This document shows, piece by piece, positions 48,801 through 56,086 of a stretch of 64,000 bases of DNA (its first letter is position 1; each line of letters starts with the position of its first letter). A model generated the notes under the pieces. It was not told the DNA's origin. It made no database searches and worked only from the letters and a program-made list of their open reading frames with translations. Source of the stretch: Candidatus Nomurabacteria bacterium. GTDB lineage: Bacteria; Patescibacteriota; Minisyncoccia; Phycocordibacterales; UBA9973. The stretch is from positions 9,519 to 73,518 of the forward strand of contig JAHFNO010000006.1 of the NCBI GenBank assembly GCA_023267275.1. Direction: 5' to 3'. A program made the position numbers and the translations under genes.

Positions 48801-48919
48801 TGAGATTACTTTTATTACAAAAAGGGATTGTTGAGGAGATGCAGACGAAGCGACTAATTGAGTCGATATATCAAGAGACAGTAAGAGTATATAGAGGATT
48901 TTTACCTACAGTCTTATAA
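45890..48919 (+). CDS. hsdR: type I restriction enzyme R subunit HsdR
   Basis: N-terminal nuclease region; SF2 helicase motifs (GSGKS-like P-loop, DEAH-box VLADEAHRTQY); ~1010 aa. Confidence 0.85.
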   Translation: MNPLNEKNIAEESLIDWLKGEGYEYVKGTDIAPGQPRAEREDFRGVVLKDRLLGAIRRINPQLPAEQAEQVVVDIASYHNADLMLGNKEMFSFITEGVKRTWQEQGNEKTEIVKLIDFENKDANEFLVVNQFTVQGVDSLGRPDVVIFINGLPLAVFELKSPVRQTADIREAYRDIEDYKKEIPKLFFYNQIVAISDLFHAHHGTISSSWERYGTWKGIKNETDVPKDTEELEVLLKGLFNKERLLDVIENFIVFEASGDGDAVTYTKKMCLYHQYYGVNKTIESTIRSVLGKQDRKIGVFWHTQGSGKSLSMVFYVNKTKNIPELKSPAYVFLTDREDLDDQLFKTFNHTGYGTLAKKASSIKDLRSRLTYIGGELIFTTIQKFQEDPDAHEALSLRENIIVLADEAHRTQYSNLAGNVRLALPNASFLGVTGTPIARNDKDTVRVFGPVVSSYKISQSVKDKSTVPIYYEGRLVPLHLADQLIDSKFDAVLGEVVPDDNARMRKEYAVLEEVVGAPSRIEKIAQDVIHHFNNHPIEGKAMIVTMSRRIAVLMYEAIQKIPSVPEVAVVISNNDEYSSRIQKEHNIKTLERRFKDDKDPLKIAILCDMWLTGFDVPCMHTLYLDKPLKNHGLMQAIARVNRVYKDKPGGLVVDYIGIAENLKKALAWYDSDIQNDALVPISEVVEQMNILRDQVTKFFGKLDYTAWKKLKGIELVTIMQAGMNEVITQGGILNDEQKMKYMGTVSKLSKLHALVMPGDEAMKIISDLQFFQAIREAIRKQTVLPHAIFPEETESAIRSLMHNSIQAEGIVDLFSVPGEEKKSISIFDEKFIEGIRKSHYQNFAVDSVRKLLDQEIRSRMRLNNARYETMLSLLEGLIEKYENNVISSAEIIKQLLEIADGIKKLDQESKETGLSNEEIVFYDSLATDPDLKKAGIDIKEFVKELTRRIRRDLAIDWTNNETIKARIRQNVRLLLLQKGIVEEMQTKRLIESIYQETVRVYRGFLPTVL

Positions 48920-48932
48920 AATGAGGGAAGGG

Positions 48933-48988
48933 TATACCCGCACACTTCCTTTTTTGACCCTTTCCAAAAAGGAAGTGTGCGGGTATAC
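48933..48988. repeat. 23-bp perfect palindrome (arms equal to the inverted repeats flanking the GIY-YIG gene)
   Basis: GTATACCCGCACACTTCCTTTTT-N10-AAAAAGGAAGTGTGCGGGTATAC; the core ACCCGCACACTT(C/A)CTTTTT also flanks 50240-50494. Confidence 0.8.
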
Positions 48989-48995
48989 TTCGCGT

Positions 48996-49481
48996 ATGGA
49001 TCCTATCGAAACACAAAAAAACCCAGGACTTTCTGTGCACCAGATACTGGCTCAAGGGTACTTGATCTACCTCGCTGCTATCGTGGTTGGGTTTGGTGCA
49101 AGCTATCTTTGGCCAGAAACACTCTCATTTCCGTTCGAATCTCCATTTGGTTTTGTGTTGATTGTGCTTGGCACACTCGTAATCTACTGGGCGCAGTATG
49201 CGACAGGTTCTACTTCGGCAAAGCGAAATATACAGGAAGCAGTCATTACCAAGGAACATTTTTTTGTTGGACCGTACAAATATTCTCGTTCACCAACACA
49301 GTACGGACTATTCTTGATGGCGTTTGGACTCGCACTTTTGTACGGGTCACTCTATATGACAATCACTACTGCAATCGCGCTTCTTGTTGGAAAATTCTTT
49401 ATCATCCCGCATGAAGAAAAAAATTTGGCACGCCGATACGGACAGCCCTATTTGGAATATAAAAAAGAAGTTAGACTCTAA
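48996..49481 (+). CDS. isoprenylcysteine carboxyl methyltransferase / PEMT-family membrane methyltransferase
   Basis: GPYKYSRSPTQYGLF ... IIPHEEKNLARRYGQPYLEYKKEV family signature. The Met at 48996 is used because the ORF-track start at 48921 overlaps the palindrome. Confidence 0.65.
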   Translation: MDPIETQKNPGLSVHQILAQGYLIYLAAIVVGFGASYLWPETLSFPFESPFGFVLIVLGTLVIYWAQYATGSTSAKRNIQEAVITKEHFFVGPYKYSRSPTQYGLFLMAFGLALLYGSLYMTITTAIALLVGKFFIIPHEEKNLARRYGQPYLEYKKEVRL

Positions 49482-49487
49482 TTTGTT

Positions 49488-50210
49488 ATGCTCACTGTTC
49501 TTGTAGGAAATGACACTGGAAAACGAGCCAAGCGACTCGATGTACTTCTCGCGCCAGCACAAAAAAGTGGCGGGGATATTCAAGTATTCAGCGACGTAAA
49601 TTTTGATGCAACTATTTTTCGTACGATAGCAGAAAGTATGTCGCTCTTTGGCGGAACAAGTACGGTAATCCTTTCTGGTGTTGGTGATGTTGCAGAGCTT
49701 CGCGACTCGCTCGAAAAAATATTGCCGATACTTTCTGAATCACCACACACATTTATTGTTTCCGAAACAAGTTTGCTCGCTCCTTTTTTGAAGAAGGTTC
49801 AATCAAGTGGGGGAGCGATAGAAAAATTTGAACTTGCAGAAAAAATAAAAAAAGGAGAAGCGTTCAATTCATTTCTTTTGACCGATGCATTTTCCGAACG
49901 GAAGCGTTCTGTTGCGTGGCCACTCTATCGTAAAGCGATTGATCTTGGTGTTGAACCGCGTGAACTCGCCGGCAAAATTTTTTGGGCAACAAAAAATATG
50001 CTTCTCGCAAAAAAAACTACTGGAGCAAGTGAGTCTGGTTTAAATCCATTTGTGTATTCAAAAGCAAAACTTGGGAGTAAAAATTTTTCTGATGCAGAGC
50101 TCGAAAAAATTGCGACCGAGCTCACCATTCTTTTTCATGAATCAATGTTTTCTTCCGTAGAATTTGAACCAGCACTCGAAGCATTTATTTTGCGCGTGCT
50201 CGCAAAATAA
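49488..50210 (+). CDS. holA: DNA polymerase III delta subunit-like (HolA-like, short)
   Basis: Weak clamp-loader delta pattern only: an N-terminal Rossmann-like half and a C-terminal helical domain. Confidence 0.4.
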   Translation: MLTVLVGNDTGKRAKRLDVLLAPAQKSGGDIQVFSDVNFDATIFRTIAESMSLFGGTSTVILSGVGDVAELRDSLEKILPILSESPHTFIVSETSLLAPFLKKVQSSGGAIEKFELAEKIKKGEAFNSFLLTDAFSERKRSVAWPLYRKAIDLGVEPRELAGKIFWATKNMLLAKKTTGASESGLNPFVYSKAKLGSKNFSDAELEKIATELTILFHESMFSSVEFEPALEAFILRVLAK

Positions 50211-50513
50211 ACCCGCACACTTACTTTTTTATTACTCTCATGTTTTATGTATATGTTTTGAAAAGTAAAAAAGATGAAGAATTGTACATTGGTTCAACCA
50301 ATGATCTTAAGCGTAGAATAAAAGAACATGAGAGTGGAGAGAGTTTTTCAACAAAGCTGAGGAGACCTTTTGATTTAATTTATTACGAAGCATATAAAGA
50401 TGAGAAGGACGCAAGAAAGAGAGAGTCATCATTGAAACTTCGTGGAAGGTCTCGTTTTCATTTAATGCAAAGATTAAAAAACTCTCTCCTATAAAAAAGT
50501 AAGTGTGCGGGTA
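50211..50513 (+). mobile_element. GIY-YIG gene bracketed by perfect 20-bp inverted repeats (putative mini mobile element)
   Basis: Left inverted repeat ACCCGCACACTTACTTTTTT at 50211-50230; its exact reverse complement at 50494-50513; the CDS between them is GIY-YIG. Confidence 0.55.
50240..50494 (+). CDS. GIY-YIG (URI-domain) nuclease family protein, 84 aa
   Basis: MFYVYVLKSKKDEELYIGSTNDLKRRIKEHESGE ... matches the short stand-alone GIY-YIG family. Confidence 0.8.
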   Translation: MFYVYVLKSKKDEELYIGSTNDLKRRIKEHESGESFSTKLRRPFDLIYYEAYKDEKDARKRESSLKLRGRSRFHLMQRLKNSLL

Positions 50514-50899
50514 AAAAAAGAGCCTGCGATATATTTCCGAAACTCAGAAACATGTCGCAGGCTCTTTGATATTCGCACTAGCCTTTAGCTGGAGAATGTT
50601 ATTCTCCTTTTTGTTTTGTAAAGAATAGAACAAAGAGTGAGTAGTAATTTTTCAACTGATCAATTTTTTATAATAGCCACTTACTTCTATTATTGAAATC
50701 GTATCTATGAAGTTGAAAGCTCTTTGCGAAATGTGGTTGTAGTATTTGATGTATGTCCCGAAGTGGGTAACTTGAATGCTACAGTACTCCGCTATTTCTG
50801 CTTGCGTCTATTATATCGCATCAAAGAAGAACAAAAGGTGGATAAATAAAATTCTTGTGGATAACTTATTCGTTCGCCACAGCGAGTGCTATTAAACCC

Positions 50900-51436
50900 T
50901 TATTTTGAGCCACGCTTTGCCACAATGAGCAGGAAGAGCAATACAGTGAATCCAATGAGTCCCATTACGGGAATGGTGATAAAACCATATTCATTCACAT
51001 ATTTAATAAGACATGATGGACCGGATGCTTCGCAAGAGAAAGCTGAGTATCCGATGTTTTCTGAAATCACGTGATAGAGACTGACAAGTGTGCCTGCAAT
51101 CGTGAGTACAAGTGTGTAGTCAATAATTCGAAAATCTTTTTTCCAGATAGCCATTCCAAATAGAAAAACTTGCGGATAGAAAAAAATTCGCGCGTACCAA
51201 CACAAGAGGCATGGTGGAAACCCAATGATGTTTGAATAGGTGAGACTAGAGACGAGTGCTACGAGTGAAGTGAAAAATCCAAGAATCAAAATATTTTTTT
51301 GTACAAATAGTTGAATTTGTTTTGCAAAAAAATATTCAGGGACAAAAAGTGTAAATAATAAAACACAGCTTACAATAATGCCGAAGAATACACCCAGGCT
51401 CATTATTTGATTCCAAACGAGAATAAAATGTTCCAT
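50900..51436 (-). CDS. disulfide bond formation protein B (DsbB/BdbC-like)
   Basis: Four TM helices; Cys pairs PCLLC and SCEASGPSC in the predicted loops. Confidence 0.65.
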   Translation of the reverse strand: MEHFILVWNQIMSLGVFFGIIVSCVLLFTLFVPEYFFAKQIQLFVQKNILILGFFTSLVALVSSLTYSNIIGFPPCLLCWYARIFFYPQVFLFGMAIWKKDFRIIDYTLVLTIAGTLVSLYHVISENIGYSAFSCEASGPSCLIKYVNEYGFITIPVMGLIGFTVLLFLLIVAKRGSK

Positions 51437-51439
51437 AGA

Positions 51440-52057
51440 TTATTTTTGTGTATCTTCAACAAGTGGAACACCAGAAATTTCTGAGAGACGTTGCAATGTA
51501 GCCTCACCGCGCAACTGAGCACTTGGAAGAAATGTCCATACATCGCCAGTGTGTGTTGGTGGAACATCACTCGCTACTATTTCACCGGAAGGAAATACCC
51601 AGCGTCTAAAATATTCAGATGCCCAGTTTGTAGTACAACGAGGATCTTCACCGGGAACATTTGGAGCGATAGAACAAATTTCTGGAGCTTTTGCACTTGT
51701 TATAGAAATGCCTTTTGGAAAAGTCCATGTCGGATAACTTTCAATTTTATTTTCATCACAAATAGGGAAGCGGCTTCGATCAGCATGTTCGCATTCTTTA
51801 TACAAACCCTCTGCTGTAAGTTTTTGTCGAGATGCCTCGAACCATTTTTCTTGTTCTTGGCAGTGTGGACACCAAAATGCTCCGTAGAAAGCCACGCCTT
51901 CTTTTACCAATGCTTTTGCAAAAGTATCGTATTTACCCGAAGTTGATGAGCCACGTATAACAATCGTCATCATGACGATGATTGCAACCATGACAAGAAC
52001 GAAAATAATAAGACGCGAATTTTTTGTTTCTGTTTTCATTTGTTGATTATAACCCAC
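51440..52057 (-). CDS. membrane-anchored thioredoxin-fold thiol:disulfide oxidoreductase (DsbA/BdbD-like)
   Basis: N-terminal TM helix plus a WCPHC active site; adjacent to the DsbB-like gene. Confidence 0.65.
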   Translation of the reverse strand: MGYNQQMKTETKNSRLIIFVLVMVAIIVMMTIVIRGSSTSGKYDTFAKALVKEGVAFYGAFWCPHCQEQEKWFEASRQKLTAEGLYKECEHADRSRFPICDENKIESYPTWTFPKGISITSAKAPEICSIAPNVPGEDPRCTTNWASEYFRRWVFPSGEIVASDVPPTHTGDVWTFLPSAQLRGEATLQRLSEISGVPLVEDTQK

Positions 52058-52193
52058 TTTGATTTTGAGCGACAGACAAGTTGTTTCTTGATTTAAAGGT
52101 TGTTTTATGGTATTTTCGAGAGGTTAACAAATATCCCTAAATCCGCGGTAGCGGATCGGGCGAACAAATTCGCTCGAAGAGAATTTGTTTTAG

Positions 52194-52266
52194 CCGCCCG
52201 TAGCTCAGCTGGTAGAGCAGCTCCCTTTTAAGGAGAGGGTCGCAGGTTCGATTCCTGCCGGGCGGA
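52194..52266 (+). tRNA. tRNA-Lys (anticodon UUU)
   Basis: Manual fold: acceptor CCGCCCG/CGGGCGG, D-loop AGCTGGTA, anticodon loop CTTTTAA, T-arm GCAGG-TTCGATT-CCTGC, discriminator A. No CCA is encoded. Confidence 0.85.
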
Positions 52267-52373
52267 CACTTACAAAAATGAGCTCGACTTTTAGGTCGAG
52301 CCATTTTTGTGTGTCCGCCCGGAGAAAGCCAACTTCTCATTCAGCAGAATGACTCTTGGAGTAAGGCTTTCGT

Positions 52374-52463
52374 CAGGAATCGAAAGACTTTTCGTTACCG
52401 AAGTTTACTTCGGTCGAAAAGTATCTGGCGACGTGGTCGCCGATCCGTGTACTCACTTCCTGC
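52374..52463 (+). ncRNA. conserved 90-nt structured element downstream of tRNA (copy 1)
   Basis: Shares CAGGAATCGAAAGACTTTTC ... GAAAAGTAYCTG ... CGATCCGTGTACTCACTTCCTGC with 58335-58424. The two internal hairpins differ at every base pair between copies but stay fully paired. Confidence 0.5.
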
Positions 52464-52505
52464 TGCATTCAATAACTTTCGATAAGAGTACTCGCGATCC
52501 TGCTT

Positions 52506-53255
52506 TTATTTATATTGTATCTGTATTCCACCCGGCACAATTTTCATACCTTTGATCTCTTTCCCAGACTGCATTTTTTTACGGAGCACGTATTTCTTAA
52601 AAATTTCATCGAGTAGAGGGTTTACCTTATCTTTTGCTTTCCAGGTTAAAAGGAGCCCCGCGTCGATCTTTCTTGTTTCTTTTGGTATTGTAAGAAAATC
52701 TCCATTCTGAACAATAGTCCCAGAAACTTTTACATCTACGGTCGAAACAATAGTTGCTTTAAAAGTAAGATGATCACCTTCCTTGTTTATTTCGATATTG
52801 TAGAGTTCCGATTTGTCACCCTTTTCTTTCATACTTGTTACAATCATATCTTCAAAACTTTTTCGAAATTCTGTCAGATTTATCACTACCGGTGGATTTT
52901 CCACTTTTTTCATTTCAGCTTTTTTATCCAGACCCGCAATTATTTTTTCCGGAATCGGTTTTGGCGAGTAGGGAATACTTTCTGTGATGAGCAATTTTGC
53001 TGGTGCGGGTTCTAGTTTGTCGATATAGGTTGCTTCAATTTCTTTTTTCAACGTGTCGTGCGATACAAGCGTGCTTGTAGTATCACTCACTGTTTTTGCA
53101 GATTGCTCGGTTTTAGGTTTTTCAGTTTTGTGATGATTTTGTTGTTCGGAACTTTCGCCAGGGTGCATTAACATAGCTCCTGCGAGCACTGCCGTTTTAA
53201 AAATAGTGCCTCGTTTATTTTCAGCTTCTTTGTGTATTTTTTTGAATCCTTCCAT
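52506..53255 (-). CDS. secreted/membrane-anchored hypothetical protein
   Basis: N-terminal hydrophobic segment AVLAGAMLM; Lys/Glu-rich. Confidence 0.5.
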   Translation of the reverse strand: MEGFKKIHKEAENKRGTIFKTAVLAGAMLMHPGESSEQQNHHKTEKPKTEQSAKTVSDTTSTLVSHDTLKKEIEATYIDKLEPAPAKLLITESIPYSPKPIPEKIIAGLDKKAEMKKVENPPVVINLTEFRKSFEDMIVTSMKEKGDKSELYNIEINKEGDHLTFKATIVSTVDVKVSGTIVQNGDFLTIPKETRKIDAGLLLTWKAKDKVNPLLDEIFKKYVLRKKMQSGKEIKGMKIVPGGIQIQYK

Positions 53256-53312
53256 TCGGCTATTATATGCCTATTTCAAAACTGAATCAAAAGCTTTTTG
53301 TTTTGACAGACT

Positions 53313-53810
53313 TTGTGTATGATGCGAGCGATGACAAAAACACACGAAGCAGTCCTTATTCTTCCCGACATTCGCAGCACACACAATGTGGGTGCTATTT
53401 TCCGTACGGCAGATGCGCTCGGAATTGCAAAGATATATCTTGTTGGAACCACGCCAGCACCGCTCGACCGATTTGGACGAGTGCGGAGCGATATCGCAAA
53501 AACAGCACTTGGTGCTGAAAATACTGTGCCCTGGGAATCAAAGGCCACACTTGCACCGCTACTCACAAAACTAAAAAAAGAAGGATTCACCATCGTCGCA
53601 ATCGAGCAATCAGAAAAATCGGTTGATTACAAAAAAGTAAAATCGAGCGAGAAAACGGTATTTATTGTAGGAACAGAAGTCACTGGTCTGCCAAAATCGG
53701 TTTTGCAAAAATGTGACATTATTGCTGAGATTCCAATGGCGGGAATGAAAGAATCACTCAATGTGTCGGTGGCAACAGGTGTGGCACTGTTTCGTATATT
53801 GGGTAAATAG
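53313..53810 (+). CDS. SpoU/TrmH-family RNA 2'-O-methyltransferase (TrmL-like size)
   Basis: SPOUT motifs NVGAIFRTADALG and a C-terminal SLNVSVATGVALF knot region. Confidence 0.7.
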   Translation: MCMMRAMTKTHEAVLILPDIRSTHNVGAIFRTADALGIAKIYLVGTTPAPLDRFGRVRSDIAKTALGAENTVPWESKATLAPLLTKLKKEGFTIVAIEQSEKSVDYKKVKSSEKTVFIVGTEVTGLPKSVLQKCDIIAEIPMAGMKESLNVSVATGVALFRILGK

Positions 53811-53890
53811 GTACAATTTTTAATTTTGTAAACAATGTTTTAATATCCAAATATTTTAAAAATTAAAAATGGAAAAATTATAAAATTCAT

Positions 53891-54913
53891 TTAGTATTCT
53901 TTTTGATGTACTGGGCAAAAGTGCGCACTGCGTCCGCCAACAACGATGCGGTGAATTGTTCCACTGCATCCGCGTTTTTTACACGGTGTTTTTGCGAGGC
54001 GATAGGCATTGTGCTCGTGACTGAAATCGCCACGCGTGCCATCGATTTGTCGATAGTCACTCGTAGAATCACCACGAAAATCGATGCCTTTTTTAAGTAC
54101 ACTTTGCACCGCATGAAAAAGCGCGAGCGCTTTTTCATGCGGAATTTTTGCCACCACAGAAAGCGGATGAACACCAGCGAGCCAAAGTGCTTCGTCGGAA
54201 TAAATATTGCCAACACCAGAAAGTATCGATTGATCCATGAGTACTGATTTTATTTTTCCTTTTGGTTTGCGATTGATACATTCGCTAAATTGTTTGAAAT
54301 CGAAATGCTTTTCGAGTGGCTCTGGTCCAAGATTGTCGAGATGCCTGCCCGAACGGCTGAAGCCATTCAGTCGGGCGGGTTTTGTAGCGTGTGCATCTAC
54401 TGTGGAGAGGAGAGTGACTTTCGCAAATTTGCGCACATCGGAGAGTACCAAACTTTTTCCATTGGTAAACGTAATTACAAAATGGAGAAATCTATTGAAT
54501 GGATCACGTAATGCACCATTCTTTTCTTTTGGGCTCGGTTCCCAGTATTCAACTTTTGACTTTACGCTTTCAGCTTTAGACCTCTTGATGTACGTTCCGT
54601 ACATCAAGTGCCCAGTCATTTTCATATGAATGAGAATAGTCTTACCCGAGCACGAGCCGTCGTGCTTTAGGGTCTTTTCATTTGAAAGATTGATAAGAAT
54701 ATTTTTTGCTCGGCGTTCAGCAGAAACAATCTTTGCTCCATGCACAGATTTTTTGAACTGCTCGAAAAAGGGGAGATACTTGATTGAATCTTTGTAATCT
54801 GGACGATTGATATTTTTGCGTGCTAAATCAGTCCACACCGCTGAGATGGTGAGTCCAACAACAGTCTTCTTGAGACCGTTCACTGTAGTTTGTACTTCGG
54901 GGAGTTCGGGCAT
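53891..54913 (-). CDS. mutM: formamidopyrimidine-DNA glycosylase (Fpg/Nei family)
   Basis: N-terminus MPELPEV; C-terminal zinc finger ending CPVHQ. Confidence 0.8.
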   Translation of the reverse strand: MPELPEVQTTVNGLKKTVVGLTISAVWTDLARKNINRPDYKDSIKYLPFFEQFKKSVHGAKIVSAERRAKNILINLSNEKTLKHDGSCSGKTILIHMKMTGHLMYGTYIKRSKAESVKSKVEYWEPSPKEKNGALRDPFNRFLHFVITFTNGKSLVLSDVRKFAKVTLLSTVDAHATKPARLNGFSRSGRHLDNLGPEPLEKHFDFKQFSECINRKPKGKIKSVLMDQSILSGVGNIYSDEALWLAGVHPLSVVAKIPHEKALALFHAVQSVLKKGIDFRGDSTSDYRQIDGTRGDFSHEHNAYRLAKTPCKKRGCSGTIHRIVVGGRSAHFCPVHQKEY

Positions 54914-54919
54914 AAAAGG

Positions 54920-55162
54920 TTAATAATCCTGATATGTATTGTCGTCTCGATATCCGACGTCAAGAATTGCAGATTCGTGTCCATCTCTTTGGAAAATGAT
55001 CCGTACCCTCCCTATGCGAACTCGAAACTTATTTTTTGAATCTTTTAATTTCTTGCAATGAAGCCCGGAAAGATCATCCCGTAGGATGCGGGCGACAGTT
55101 TCTTCAATGAGAAGACGCATTCCAGGGTCTATCTTTTTTAAGAACTTATCGATTTTGTTCAT
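54920..55162 (-). CDS. type II toxin, RelE/ParE superfamily
   Basis: FRVRIGRVRIIFQRDGHESAILDVGYRDDNTY matches the RelE/ParE C-terminal pattern; overlaps the upstream antitoxin gene by 17 nt. Confidence 0.55.
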   Translation of the reverse strand: MNKIDKFLKKIDPGMRLLIEETVARILRDDLSGLHCKKLKDSKNKFRVRIGRVRIIFQRDGHESAILDVGYRDDNTYQDY

Positions 55163-55412
55163 GCTTTCTCAGGCGTTTCAAACTCGCCAAAACCTCTTCT
55201 GCGGGGACTCCGCCTTTTCTGATCTTTGTAAAATCAACAAGCGTTTTCCATGCACCTTCGTCACCCCATTCGTCGACAGGAGCGGAGATTTTGAGGATCG
55301 GTTTTGATCTGCGGACAATGGTAAATGACTTGCCGAGAGCCACGGCGTTGATATATTTATCTGAGTTTTCCCGGAATTCTTTAAAACCAATGATATGTGA
55401 TTTGATAGCCAT
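55146..55412 (-). CDS. type II antitoxin, Phd/YefM family
   Basis: IGFKEFRENSDKYINAVALGKSFTIVRRSKPILKI matches the Phd/YefM N-terminal fold pattern. Confidence 0.55.
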   Translation of the reverse strand: MAIKSHIIGFKEFRENSDKYINAVALGKSFTIVRRSKPILKISAPVDEWGDEGAWKTLVDFTKIRKGGVPAEEVLASLKRLRKHEQNR

Positions 55413-55505
55413 ACACAAAGATTATCTTAAGATAATCTTTGTGTCAACCGTTGGTATATTACGCTCTTACTTATTATTATTGACAAAAAGTTTTTATGCA
55501 GTAGT

Positions 55506-56057
55506 GTGAAGAAAAACCATTTCATGAACGAACAAATACTAGCATTTTGGCAATTGTACGATCAATACGTGCAAACAGAAAATAAGGATATAAGACCGAG
55601 ACTCTCAAGTCTTCTTAGTGAGATTGAAGAAAAAGATCGGAGAAAACAGCTTTTACGACCTGAAAAAGGCTGGAATACAATTCTTGCATGGCAGGTATTA
55701 CGTACACAAGAATTTATTTTTTCTGATAACGTAATTTTCAGACTATACACAGGAGATGTTCTTGTTTGGGAACCGCATTGGGATCGTGATATTTTACTCA
55801 CACGATTTCCGATGGAAACCAATATTATTTCAGGAAGAATTTTAAAACCAGGATTTGAGATGACTCACGAAGATAAAGGAGAGCTCTCTGATTACGAATG
55901 GAATCAACAAATACGCAGTCTTGGCATCACAAATGAAAAAGGTCTGTATCTTCCTGTTTATGAATCCGATACGCTCAAAAAGTTTTGCTTGTCACAAATT
56001 GCGGAGATGCAAAAAGGAATATTTTCTTACCTAGGAAAAGAATTAAATATTTTTTAA
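55506..56057 (+). CDS. hypothetical protein
   Basis: ORF with a terminator-like hairpin after its stop. Confidence 0.45.
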   Translation: MKKNHFMNEQILAFWQLYDQYVQTENKDIRPRLSSLLSEIEEKDRRKQLLRPEKGWNTILAWQVLRTQEFIFSDNVIFRLYTGDVLVWEPHWDRDILLTRFPMETNIISGRILKPGFEMTHEDKGELSDYEWNQQIRSLGITNEKGLYLPVYESDTLKKFCLSQIAEMQKGIFSYLGKELNIF

Positions 56058-56086
56058 TTAAAAACCATCCAGAATATCGGGTGGTT

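Noticed and set aside
52137-52340. 67-aa minus-strand ORF
   Set aside because: It lies directly over tRNA-Lys and its flanking hairpins.
52374-52463. Hammerhead ribozyme interpretation of the post-tRNA module (CUG ... GAAA elements present)
   Set aside because: The CUGANGA core is not present: the candidate is CUGGCGA in copy 1 and CUGCCUA in copy 2. The positions of the GAAA and the stems do not fit the three-way hammerhead junction.
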